Below are positions 38,801 to 52,400 of a DNA stretch of 64,000 bases, in pieces. This stretch comes from Eledone cirrhosa (Eukaryota), in contig OZ024764.1 in the NCBI GenBank assembly GCA_964016885.1, positions 28,706,001-28,770,000 on the forward strand, given 5' to 3'. Positions within the stretch are counted from its first letter, which is position 1; each line of letters begins with the position of its first letter. The notes under the pieces were generated by a model, which did no database searches, had not been told where the DNA came from, and saw nothing but the letters and a program-made list of their open reading frames with translations. Made by a program: the position numbers and the translations under genes.

Positions 38801-41800
38801 GAGAGAGAGAGCGAGATGAAATGAGAGAGTGTGAGCGAGATGAAACGAGACAGGGAGAGTGAGATGAAACGAGAGAGTGAGAGCGAGATGAAACGAGAGA
38901 GTGAGAGCGAGATGAAACGAGAGAGAGAGAGCGAGATGAAATGAGAGAGAGAGAGCGAGATGAAATGAGAGAGAGAGAGCGAGAAGAAACGAGACAGAGA
39001 GAGAACGAGATGAAACGAGAGAGTGAGAGCGAGATGAAACGAGAGAGAGAGAGAGCGAGATGAAACGGGAGGGAGAGAGAGATGAAACGAGAGAGAGTGG
39101 AAACGAGAGTAGAGAGCGAGATGAAACAGGAGAGAGAGAGAGCGAGATGAAACAGAAGAGAGAGAGCGAGATGAAACGAGAGGGAGAGAGAGATGAAACG
39201 AGAGAGCGAGAGAGAGATGAAACGAGGGAGATAGAGATGAAACGAGAGAGAGGAAGAGAGAGATGGAAAGAGAGAGAGGAAGAGAGAGATGAAATGAGAG
39301 AGAGAGAGCGCGAGATGAAACGAGAGAGAGAGAGCGCGAGATGAAATGACAGAGAGAGAGACAGATGAAACGAGAGAGAGGAAGAGAGAGATGGAAGACA
39401 GAGGTGAAACGAGAGGGAGAGAGAGCGAGATGAAACGAGAGAGAGGAAGAGAGAGAGCGCGAGATGAAACGAGAGAGAGAGAGCGCGAGATGAAACTCTG
39501 TCATGTAATGTTATGGACATATCTGCCCTTGGGGCTAATAATTGTCATGTAACGTTATGGACATCTCTGCCCCTGTGGCTAATAACTCTGACATGTAATG
39601 TTATGGACATCTCTGCCCCTGTGGCTAATAATTCTGAGAGAGATGAAACAAATGAGGGATTAGAGAGAGATAAAACAAGTGAAGGATTAGGGTGTTGAAA
39701 CAAGAGAGAGGAAGAGAGAGAGAGAGCGAGATGAAATGAGACAGGGAGAGCGAGATGAAACGCAATAGTGAGAGAAGCGAGATGAAACGAGAGAGTGAGA
39801 GCGAGATGAAACGAGAGCGAGAGAGAGCGAGATGAAACGAGACAGAGAGAGCGAGATGTAATGAGAGAGAGAGAGAGCGGGATGGAACGAGACAGAGAGG
39901 AAACGAGAGAGAGGAAACGAGAGTAGAGAGCGAGATGAAACGAGAGGGAGAGAGAGATGAAACGAGAGAGCGAGAGAGAGATGAAACGAGGGAGATAGAG
40001 ATGAAACGAGAGAGAGGAAGAGAGAGATGGAACGAGAAAGAGGAAGAGAGAGATGGAACGAGAGAGAGGAAGACAGAGATGAAACGAGAGAGAGAGAGAG
40101 AGCGAGATGAAACGAGACAGAGAGAGCGCGAGATGAAACGAGACAGAGAGAGCACGAGATGAAACGACAGAGAGAGAGACAGATTGAAGGAGGGAGATAC
40201 AGATAAAACGAGAGAGAGGATGAGAGAGATGGAACGAGAGAGAGGAATAGAGAGATGGAACGAGAGAGAGGAATACAGAGATGAAACGAGAGAGAGAGAG
40301 AGAGCAAGATGAAACGAGAGAGAGAGAGCGCAAGATGAAACGAGAGAGAGAGAGCGCGAGATGAAACTCTATCATGTAATGTTATTGATATATCTGCCCC
40401 TGTGGCTAATAATTGTCATGTAATGTTATGGTCATCTCTGCCCCTGTGGCTAATAATTCTGTCATGTAATATTATGGACGTCTCCGCCCCTGTGACTAAT
40501 AATTCTGACATGTAATGTTATGGACATCTCTGCCCTGTGGCTAATAATTCTGACATGTAATGTTATGGACATCTCTGCCCCTGTGGCTAATAATTCTGAG
40601 AGAGATGAAACAAGTGAGGGATTAGAGAGAGATAAAACAAGTGAGGGATTAGAGTGTTGAAACAAGAGAGAGAGAGGAAGAGAGAGAGAGAGCGAGATGA
40701 AATGAGACAGGGAGAATGAGATGTAACGCGAGATGAAACGAGAGAGTGAGAGCGAGATGAAACGAGAGAGAGAGAGAGCGAGATGAAACGAGACAGAGAG
40801 AGCGAGATGTAATGAGAGAGAGAGAGAGCGGGATGGAACGAGACAGAGAGGAAACGAGAGAGAGGAAACGAGAGTAGAGAGCGAGATGAAACAGGAGAGA
40901 GAGAGCGAGATGAAACGAGAGGGAGAGAGAGATGAAACGAGGGAGATAGAGATGAAACGAGAGAGAGGAAGAGAGAGATGGAACGAGAGAGAGGTAGAGA
41001 GAGATGGAACGAGAGAGAGGAAGACAGTGATGAAACGAGAGAGAGAGAGAGAGCGAGATGAAACGAGAGAGAGAGAGCGCGAGATGAAACGAGAGAGAGA
41101 GAGCGCGAGATGAAACGACAGAGAGAGAGACAGATGAAAGGAGGGAGATAGAGATGAAACGAGAGAGAGGAAGAGAGAGATGGAACGAGAGAGAGGAAGA
41201 GAGAGATGAAAGACAGAGGAGAAACGAGAGAGAGAGAGAGCGAGATGAAACGAGAGAGAGGAAGAGAGAGAGCGCGAGATGAAACGAGAGAGAGAGAGCG
41301 CGAGATGAAACTCTGTCATGTAATGTTATGGACATCTCTGCCCCTGTGGCTAATAACTCTGACATGTAATGTTATGGACATCTCTGCCCCAGTGGCTAAT
41401 AATTCTGAGAGAGATGAAACAAGGGAGGGATTAGAGAGAGATAAAACAAGTGAGGGATTAGAGTGTTGAAACAAGAGAGAGAGAGGAAGAGAGAGAGAGA
41501 GAGCGAGATGAAATGAGACAGGGAGAGCGAGATGAAACGCAATAGTGAGAGAAGCGAGATGAAACGAGAGAGTGAGAGCGAGATGAAACGAGAGAGAGAG
41601 AGAGCGAGATGAAACGAGACAGAGAGAGCGAGATGTAATGTGAGAGAGAGAGAGCGGGATGGAACGAGACAGAGAGGAAACGAGAGAGAGGAAACGAGAG
41701 TAGAGAGCGAGATGAAACGAGAGGGAGAGAGAGATGAAACGAGAGAGCGAGAGAGAGATGAAACGAGGGAGATAGAGATGAAACGAGAGAGAGGAAGAGA

Positions 41801-44800
41801 GAGATGGAACGAGAGAGAGGTAGAGAGAGATGGAACGAGAGAGAGGAAGACAGAGATGAAACGAGAGAGAGAGAGAGCGAGATGAAACGAGACAGAGAGA
41901 GCGCGAGATGAAACGAGAGAGAGAGAGCACGAGATGAAACGACAGAGAGAGACAGATGAAAGGAGGGAGATAGAGATGAAACGAGAGAGAGGATGAGAGA
42001 GATGGAACGAGAGAGAGGAAGAGAGAGATGGAACGAGAGAGAGGAAGACAGAGATGAAACGAGAGAGAGAGAGAGCAAGATGGAACGAGAGAGAGAGAGC
42101 GCGAGATGAAACTCTATCATGTAATGTTATTGATATATCTGCCCCTGTGGCTAATAATTGTCATGTAATGTTATGGTCATCTCTGCCCCTGTGGCTAATA
42201 ATTCTGTCATGTAATGTTATGGACGTCTCCGCCCCTGTGGATAATAATTCTGACATGTAATGTTATGGACATCTCTGCCCCTGTGGCTAATAACTCTGAC
42301 ATGTAATGTTATGGACATCTCTGCCCTGTGGCTAATAATTCTGACATGTAATGTTATGGACATCTCTGCCCCTGTGGCTAATAATTCTGAGAGAGATGAA
42401 ACAAGTGAGGGATTAGAGTGTTGAAACAAGAGAGAGAGAGGAAGAGAGAGAGAGAGCGAGATGAAATGAGACAGGGAGAGTGAGATGAAACGCGAGATGA
42501 AACGAGAGAGTGAGAGCGAGATGAAACGAGAGAGAGAGCGAGATGAAACGAGACAGAGAGAGCGAGATGTAATGAGAGAGAGAGAGAGCGGGATGGAACG
42601 AGACAGAGAGGAAACGAGAGAGAGGAAACGAGAGTAGAGAGCGAGATGAAACAGGAGAGAGAGAGCGAGATGAAACGAGAGGGAGAGAGAGATGAAACGA
42701 GGGAGATAGAGATGAAACGAGAGAGAGGTAGAGAGGGAGGAAGAGAGAGATGGAACGAGAGAGAGGAAGACAGAGATGAAACGAGAGAGAGAGAGAGCGA
42801 GATGAAACGAGAGAGAGAGAGCGCGAGATCAATCGAGAGAGAGAGAGCGCGAGATGAAACGACAGAGAGAGAGACAGATGAAAGGAGGGAGATAGAAATG
42901 AAACGAGAGAGAGGAAGAGAGAGATGGAACGAGAGAGAGGAAGAGAGAGATGGAACGAGAGAGAGGAAGACAGAGATGAAACGAGAGAGAGCGAGATGAA
43001 ACGAGAGAGCGAGATGAAACGAGAGAGCGAGATGAAACGAGAGAGAGAGAGAGCGAGATGAAACGAGAGAGAGGAAGAGAGAGAGCGCGAGATGGAACTC
43101 TGTCATGTAATGTTATGGACATATCTGCCCTTGGGGCTAATAATTGTCATGTAATGTTATGGACATCACTGCCCCTGTGGCTAATAATTCTGTCATGTAA
43201 TGTTATGGACATCTCTGCCCCTGTGGCTAATAATTCTGACATGTAATGTTATGGACATCTCTGCCCCTGTGGCTAATAATTCTTACATGTAATGTTATGG
43301 ACATCTCTGCCCCTGTGGCTAATAATTCTGAGAGAGATGAAACAAGTGAGGGATTAGAGAGAGATAAAACAAGTGAGGGATTAGAGTGTTGAACCAAGAG
43401 AGAGAGAGCGAGATGAAACGCGATAGTGAGAGAGGCGAGATGAAACGAGAGAGTGAGAGCGAGATGAAACGAGACAGAGAGAGCGAGATGTAATGAGAGA
43501 GAGAGAGAGCGGGATGGAACGAGACAGAGAGAAAACGAGAGTAGAGAGCGAGATGAAACGAGAGGGAGAGAGAGATGAAACGAGAGATCGAGAGAGAGAT
43601 GAAACGAGGGAGATAGAGATGAAACGAGAGAGAGGAAGAGAGAGATGGAACGAGAGAGAGGAAGACAGAGATGAAACGAGAGAGAGAGAGAGCGATATGA
43701 AACGAGAGAGAGAGAGCGCAAGATGAAACGAGAGAGAGAGAGCGCGAGATGAAACGACAGAGAGAGAGACAGATGAAAGGAGGGAGATAGAGATGAAACG
43801 AGAGAGAGGAAGAGAGAGATGGAACGAGAGAGAGGAAGAGGGAGATGGAACGAGAGAGAGGAAGACAGAGATGAAACGAGAGAGAGAGCGAGATGAAACG
43901 AGAGAGAGGAAGAGAGAGAGCGCGAGATGAAACTCTCTCATGTAATGTTATCGACATATCTGCCCTTGGGGCTAATAATTGTCATGTAATGTTATGGACA
44001 TCTCTGACCCTATGGCTAATAATTCTGTCATGTAATGTTATGGACATCTCTGCCCCTGTGGCTAATAATTCTGTCATGTAATGTTATGGACATCTCTGCC
44101 CCTGTGGCTAATAATTCTGACATGTAATGTTATGGACATCTCTGCCCCTGTGGCTAATAATTCTGACATGTAATGTTATGGACATCTCTGCCCTGTGGCT
44201 AATAATTCTGACATGTAATGTTATGGACATCTCTGCCCCTGTGGCTAATAATTCTGAGAGAGATGAACCAAGTGAGGGATTAGAGAGAGATAAAACAAGT
44301 GAGGGATTAGAGTGTTGAAACAAGAGAGAGAGAGGAAGAGAGAGAGAGAGCGAGATGAAACAAGAGAGTGAGAGAAGCGAGATGAAACGAGAGAGTGAGA
44401 GCGAGATCAAACGAGAAAGAGAGAGTGCGAGATGAAACGAGACAGAGAGGAAACGAGAGAGAGAGGAAATGAGAGAGAGGAAACGAGAGTAGAGAGCGAG
44501 ATGAAACAGGAGAGAGAGAGCGAAAAGAAACGAGCGGGAGAGAGAGATGAAACGAGAGAGCGAGAGAGAGATGAAACGAGGGAGATAGAGATGAAACGAG
44601 AGAGAGGAAGAGAGAGATGGAACGAGAGAGAGGAAGAGAGAGATGGAACGAGAGAGAGGAAGACAGAGATGAAACGAGAGAGAGAGAGAGCGAGATGAAA
44701 CGTGACAGAGAGAGCGCGAGATGAAACGAGAGAGAGAGAGCGCGAGATGAAACGACAGAGAGAGAGACAGATGAAAGGAGGGAGATAGAGATGAAACGAG

Positions 44801-46480
44801 AGAGAGGATGAGAGAGATGGAACGAGAGAGAGGAAGAGAGAGATGGAACGAGAGAGAGGAAGCCAGAGATGAAACGAGAGAGAGAGCAAGATGAAACGAG
44901 AGAGAGAGAGAGAGCGCAAGATGAAACGAGAGAGAGAGAGCGCGAGATGAAACTCTGTCATGTAATGTTATTGACATATCTGCCCCTGTGGCTAATAATT
45001 GTCATGTAATGTTATGGTCATCTCTGCCCCTGTGGCTAATAATTCTGACATGTAATGTTATGGTCATCTCTGCCCCTGTGGCTAATAATTCTGAGAGATA
45101 GTAAACAAGTGAGGGATTAGAGTGTTGAAACAAGAGAGAGAGAGCGAGAAGAAATGAGAGAGTGAGAGCGGGATGAAACGAGAGAGGGAGAGCAAGATGT
45201 AACGAGAGAGAGAGAGCGAGATGAAATGAGAGAGAGAGAGCGAGATGAAACGGGAGGGAGAGAGAGATGAAACGAGAGAGAGAGAGGAAACGAGAGTAGA
45301 GAGCGAGATGAAACAGGAGAGAGAGAGAGCCAGATGAAACAGGAGAGAGAGAGCGAGATGAAATGAGAGGGAGAGAGAGATGAAACGAGAGAGCGAGAGA
45401 GAGATGAAACGAGGGAGAGCGAGATGAAACGAGAGAGAGGAAGAGAGAGATGGAACGAGAGAGAGGAAGAGAGAGATGGCACGAGAGAGGAAGACAGAGA
45501 TGAAACGAGAGAGAGAGAGCGAGATGAAACGAGAGAGAGAGAGCGCGACATGAAACGAGAGAGAAAGAGCGCGAGATGAAACGACAGAGAGCGAGACAGA
45601 TGAAAGAAGGGAGATAGAGATGAAACGAGAGAGAGGAAGAGAGAGATGGAACGAGAGAGAGGAAGAGAGAGATGGAACGAGAGAGAGGAAGACAGAGATG
45701 AAACGAGAGAGAGAGCGAGATGAAACGAGAGAGAGAGAGCGCAAGATGAAACGAGTGAGAGAGAGCGCGAGATGAAACGACAGAGAGAGAGACAGATGAA
45801 AGGAGGGAGATAGAGATGAAACGAGAGAGAGGATGAGAGAGATGGAACGAGAGAGAGGAAGAGAGAGATGGAACGAGAGAGAGGAAGACAGAGATGAAAC
45901 GAGAGAGAGAGAGAGCAAGACGAAACGAGAGAGAGAGAGCGCAAGATGAAACGAGAGAGAGAGAGCGCGAGATGAAACGACAGAGAGAGAGACAGATGAA
46001 AGAAGGGAGATAGAGATGAAACGAGAGAGAGGAAGAGAGAGATGGAACGAGAGAGAGGAAGAGAGAGATGGAACGAGAGAGAGGAAGACAGAGATGAAAC
46101 GAGAGAGAGAGAGAGCGAGATGAAACGAGAGAGAGGAAGACAGAGATGAAACGAGACAGAGGGAGAGCGAGATGAAACGAGAGAGAGAGAGCGCAAGATG
46201 AAACTCTGTCATGTAATGTTATTGACATATCTGCCCCTGTGGCTAATAATTGTCATGTAATGTTATGGTCATCTCTGCCCCTGTGGCTAATAATTCTGTC
46301 ATGTAATGTTATGGACATCTCTGCCCCTGTGGCTAATAATTCTGACAAGTAATGTTATGGACATCTCTGCCCCTGTGGCTAATAATTCTGACATGTAATG
46401 TTATGGAAATCTCTGCCCCTGTGGCTAATAATTCTGTCATGTAATGTTATGGACATCTCTGCCCCTGTGGCTAATAAATC
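35802..46480 (-). repeat. Composite satellite, left arm: 11 GA-rich blocks (~0.55-1.1 kb) alternating with 46-bp arrays (catgtaatgttatggacatctctgcccctgtggctaataattctga)
   Basis: GA blocks start at ~36043, 37176, 37877, 38760, 39636, 40598, 41407, 42389, 43330, 44256 and 45093, each built from gagatgaaacgaga cassettes. Confidence 0.95.
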
Positions 46481-49400
46481 AGAATTATTAGCCACAGGGG
46501 CAGAGATGTCCATAACATTACATGTCAGAATTATTAGCCACAGGGGCAGAGATGTCCATAACATTACATGACAGATTTATTAGCCACAGGGGCAGAGATG
46601 TCCATAACATTACATGTCAGAATTATTAGCCACAGGGGCAGAGATGTCCATAACATTACATGACAGATTTATTAGCCACAGGGGCAGAGATGTCCATAAC
46701 ATTACATGTCATATTTATTAGCCACAGGGGCAGAGATGTCCATAACATTACATGTCACAATTATTAGCCACAGGGGCAGAGATGTCCATAACATTACATG
46801 ACAGATTTATTAGCCACAGGGGCAGAGATGTCCATAACATTACATGACAGAATTATTAGCCACAGGGGCAGAGATGTCCATAACATTACATGACAGAATT
46901 ATTAGCCACAGGGGCAGAGATTTCCATAACATTACATGACAATTATTAGCCCCAAGGGCAGATATGTCCATAACATTACATGACAGACTTTCATCTCGCG
47001 CTCTCTCTCTCTCGTTTCATCTTGCGCTCTCTCTCTTCCTCTCTCTCGTTTCATCTTGCTCTCTCTCTCTCTCGTTTCATCTCGCGTTCTCTCTCTTCCT
47101 CTCTCTCGTTTCATCTCGCTCTCTCTGACTCGTTCCATCTCGCTCTCACTCTCTCGTTTCATCTCGCTCTCTCTCTCTCATTTCATCTCGCTCTCTCTCT
47201 CTCATTTCATCTCGATCTCTCTGTCTCGTTTCATCCCGCTCTCTCTGTCTCGTTTCATCTCGCTCTCTCTCTCTCATTTCATCTCGCTCTCTCTCTGTCA
47301 TTTCATCTCGCTCTCTCTCACTCTCTCGTTTCATCTCACTCTCAATCTCTCATTTCATCTCGCTCTCTCTCTCTCATTTCATCTCGCGCTCTCTCTCTTC
47401 CTCTCTCTCGTTTCATCTCGCGCTCTCTCTCTTCCTCTCTCTCGTTTCATCTCGCTCTCTCTCTCTCTCTCTCGTTTCATCTCGCGTTCTCTCTCTTCCT
47501 CTCTCTCGTTTCATCTCGCTCTCTCTCGTTCCATCTCTCTGTTCCTCTCTATCGTTCCATCTCTCTCTTCCTCTCTCTCGTTTCATCTCTCTCTCTCGTT
47601 TCATCTCTATCTCCCTCGTTTCATCTGTCTCTCTCTCTGTCGTTTCATCTCCCTCTATCTCTCTCTCGCTCTCTCGTTTCATCTCTCTCTCCCTCTCGTT
47701 TCATCTCGCTCTCTCTCTCCTGTTTCATCTCGCTCTCTCTCTCCTGTTTCATCTCGCTCTCTACTCTCGTTTCCTCTCTCTCGTATCCTCTCTCTCGTTT
47801 CCTCTCTCTCTCGTTTCCTCTCTCTCTCGTTTCCTCTAGCTCTCACTCTCTCGTTTCATCTCGCTCTCTCTCTCTCATTTCATCTCGCTCTCTCTCTCTC
47901 GTTTCATCTCGCTCTAATCTGTCTCGTTTCATTTCGCTCTCTCTCTCTCTCGTTTCACCTCGCTCTCTCTGTCTCGTTTCATCTCGCTCTCTCTCTCTCA
48001 TTTCATCTCGCTCTCTCTCTCTCATTTCATCTCGCTCTCTCTCTCTTGTTTCATCTCGCTCTCTCTCTCTCATTTCATCTCGCTCTCTCTCTCTCATTTC
48101 ATCTCGCTCTCTCTCTCTCGTTTGATCTCGCTCTCACTCTCTCTTCCTCTCTCTCTCTTGTTTCAACACTCTAATCCCTCACTTGTTTCATCTCTCTCTT
48201 ATCCCTCACTTGTTTTATCTCTCTCAGAATTATTAGCGACAGGGGCAGAGATATCCATAACATTACATGTCAGAATTATTAGCCACAGGGGCAGAGATGT
48301 CCATAACATTACATGACAGATTTATTAGCCACAGGGGCAGAGATGTCCATAACATTACATGACGAATTTATTAGCCACAGGGGCAGAGATGTCCATAACA
48401 TTACATGACAGAATTATTAGCCACAGGGGCAGAGATGTCCATAACATTACATGACATAATTATTAGCCACAGGGACAGAGATGTCCATAACATTACATGA
48501 CAGATTATTTGCCACAGGGGCAGAGATGTACATAACATTACATGACAATTATTAGCCCCAAGGGTAGATATGTCCATAACATTACATGACAATTATCTGC
48601 CCCAAGGGCAGATATGTCCATAACATTACATGACAGACTTTCATCTCGCGCTCTCTCTCTTCCTCTCTCTCGTTTCATCTCGCTCTCTCTCTCTCGTTTC
48701 ATCTCGCTCTCTCTCTCTCGTTTCATCTCGCTCTCTCTCTCTCGTTTCATCTCGCGCTCTCTCTCTTCCTCTCTCTCGTTTCATCTCGCTCTCTCTCTCT
48801 CTCGTTTCATATCTGTCTTCCTCTCTCTCGTTCCATCTCTCTATTCCTCTCTCTCTCGTTTCATCTAGCTATCACTCTCTCGTTTCATCTCCCTCTATCT
48901 CTCTCTCGCTCTCTCGTTTCATCTCTCCCTCCCTCTCGTTTCATCTCGCTCTCTCTCTCCGGTTTCATCTCGCTCTCTCTCTCTCCTGTTTCATCTTGCT
49001 CTCTACTCTCGTTTCGTCTCTCTCGTTTCCTCTCTCTCGTTTCCTCTCTCTCTCGTTTCCTCTCTCTCTCGTTTCATCTAGCTCTCACTCTCTCGTTTCA
49101 TCTCGCTCTCTCTGACTCGTTCCATCTCGCTCTCACTCTCTCGTTTCATCTCGCTCTCTCTCTCTCATTTCATCTCGCTCTCTCTCTCTCATTTCATCTC
49201 GATCTCTCTGTCTCGTTTCATCCCGCTCTCTCTGTCTCGTTTCATCTCGCTCTCTCTCTCTCATTTCATCTCGCTCTCTCTCTGTCATTTCATCTCGCTC
49301 TCTCTCACTCTCTCGTTTCATCTCACTCTCAATCTCTCATTTCATCTCGCTCTCTCTCTCTCATTTCATCTCGCGCTCTCTCTCTCTTCCTCTCTCTCGT

Positions 49401-52400
49401 TTCATCTCGCGCTCTCTCTCTTCCTCTCTCTCGTTTCATCTCGCTCTCTCTCTCTCTCTCGTTTCATCTTGCGCTCTCTCTCTTCCTCTCTCTCGTTTCA
49501 TCTCGATCTCTCTCTGTCTCGTTTCATCTCTGTCTTCCTCTCGCTCGTTCCATCTCTCTCTTCCTCTCTCTCGTTTCATCTCTCTCTCTCGTTTCATCTC
49601 TATCTCCCTCGTTTCATCTGTCTCTCTCTCTGTCGTTTCATCTCCCTCTCTCTCTCTCTCGCTCTCTCGTTTCATCTCTCTCTCCCTCTCGTTTCATCTC
49701 GCTCTCTCTCTCCTGTTTCATCTCGCTCTCTCTCGTTTCATCTTGCTCTCTCTCTCTCTCGTTTCATCTCTGTCTTCCTCTCTCTTGTTCCATCTCTCTC
49801 TTCCTCTCTCTCGTTTCATCTCTCTCTCTCGTTTCATCTCTATCTCCCTCGTTTCATCTGTCTCTCTCTCTGTCGTTTCATCTCCCTCTCTCTCTCTCTC
49901 GCTCTCTCGTTTCATCTCTCTCTCCCTCTCGTTTCATCTCGCTCTCTCTCTCCTGTTTCATCTCGCTCTCTCTCTCCTGTTTCATCTCGCTCTCTCTCTC
50001 CTGTTTCATCTCGCTCTCTACTCTCGTTTCCTCTCTCTTGTTTCGTCTCTCTCGTTTCCTCTCTCTCTCGTTTCATCTAGCTCTCCCACTCTCGTTTCAT
50101 CTCGCTCTCTCTGTCTCGTTCCATCTCGCTCTCACTCTCTCGTTTCATCTCGCTCTCTCTCTGTCATTTCATCTCGCTCTCTCTCTCTCATTTCATCTCG
50201 CTCTCTCTGTCTCGTTTCATCTCGCTCTCGCTCTCTCTCTCTCGTTTCATCCCGCTCTCTCTGTCTCGTTTCATCTCGCTCTCTCTCTCTCATTTCATCT
50301 CGCTCTCTCTCTCTCATTTCATCTCGCTCTCTCTCTCTCGTTTCATCTCGCTCTCACTCTCTCATTTCATCTCGCTCTCTCTCGTTTGATTTCGCTCTCA
50401 CTCTCTCTTCCTCACTCTCTCTCTTGTTTCAACACTCTAATCCCTCACTTGTTTCATCTCTCTCTAATCCCTCACTTGTTTCATCTCTCTCAGAATTATT
50501 AGCCACAGGGGCAGAGATGTCCATAACATTACATGTCAGAATTATTAGCCACAGGGGCAGAGATGTCCATAACATTACATGACAGATTTATTAGCCACAG
50601 GGGCAGAGATGTCCATAACATTACATGTCATATTTATTAGCCACAGGGGCAGAGATGTCCATAACATTACATGTCAGAATTATTAGCCACAGGGGCAGAG
50701 ATGTCCATAACATTACATGACAGATTTATTAGCTACAGGGACAGAGATGTCCATAACATTACATGACAGAATTATTAGCCACAGGGGCAGAGATGTCCAT
50801 AACATTACATGACAGAATTATTAGCCACAGAGGCAGAGATTTCCATAACATTACATGACAATTATTAGCCCCAAGGGCAGATATGTCCATAACATTACAT
50901 GACAGACTTTCATCTCGCGCTCTCTCTCTCTCGTTTCATCTTGCGCTCTCTCTCTTCCTCTCTCTCGTTTCATCTTGCTCTCTCTCTCTCTCGTTTCATC
51001 TCGCGTTCTCTCTTCCTCTCTCTCGTTTCATCTCGCTCTCTCTCTCTCTCGTTTCATCTCTGTCTTCCTCTCTCTCGTTCCATCTCTCTCTTCCTCTCTC
51101 TCGTTCCATCTCTCTCTTCCTCTCTCTCGTTTCATCTCTCTCTCTCGTTTCATCTCTATCTCCCTCGTTTCATCTGTCTCTCTCTCTGTCGTTTCATCTC
51201 CCTCTATCTCTCTCTCGCTCTCTGGTTTCATCTCTCTCTCCCTCTCGTTTCATCTCGCTCTCTCTCTCCTGTTTCATCTCGCTCTCTCTCTCCTGTTTCA
51301 TCTCGCTCTCTACTCTCGTTTCCTCTCTCTCGTATCCTCTCTCTCGTTTCGTCTCTCTCTCGTTTCCTCTCTCTCTCGTTTCCTCTAGCTCTCACTCTCT
51401 CGTTTCATCTCGCTCTCTCTCTCTCATTTCATCTCGCTCTCTCTCTCTCGTTTCATCTCGCTCTAATCTGTCTCGTTTCATTTCGCTCTCTCTCTCTCTC
51501 GTTTCATCTCGCTCTCTCTGTCTCGTTTCATCTCGCTCTCTCTCTCTCATTTCATCTCGCTCTCGCTCTCTCATTTCATCTCGCTCTCTCTCTCTCGTTT
51601 CATCTCGCTCTCACTCTCTCATTTCATCTCGCTCTCTCTCTCTCGTTTGATCTCGCTCTCACTCTCTCTTCCTCTCTCTCTCTTGTTTCAACACTCTAAT
51701 CCCTCATTTGTTTCATCTCTCTCTTATCCCTCACTTGTTTCATCTCTCTCAGAATTATTAGCCACAGGGGCAGAGATATCCATAACATTACATGTCAGAA
51801 TTATTAGCCACAGGGGCAGAGATGTCCATAACATTACATGACAGATTTATTAGCCACAGGGGCAGAGATGTCCATAACATTACATGACGAATTTATTAGC
51901 CACAGGGGCAGAGATGTCCATAACATTACATGACAGAATTATTAGCCACAGGGGCAGAGATGTCCATAACATTACATGACATAATTATTAGCCACAGGGA
52001 CAGAGATGTCCATAACATTACATGACAGAATTATTTGCCACAGGGGCAGAGATGTACATAACATTACATGACAATTATTAGCCCCAAGGGTAGATATGTC
52101 CATAACATTACATGACAATTATTAGCCCCAAGGGCAGATATGTCCATAACATTACATGACAGACTTTCATCTCGCGCTCTCTCTCTTCCTCTCTCTCGTT
52201 TCATCTCGCTCTCTCTCTCTCGTTTCATCTCGCTCTCTCTGACTCGTTCCATCTCGCTCTCACTCTCTCGTTTCATCTCGCTCTCTCTCTCTCATTTCAT
52301 CTCGTTCTCTCTCTCTCATTTCATCTCGATCTCTCTGTCTCGTTTCATCCCCCTCTCTCTGTCTCGTTTCATCTCGCTCTCTCTCTCTCATTTCATCTCG

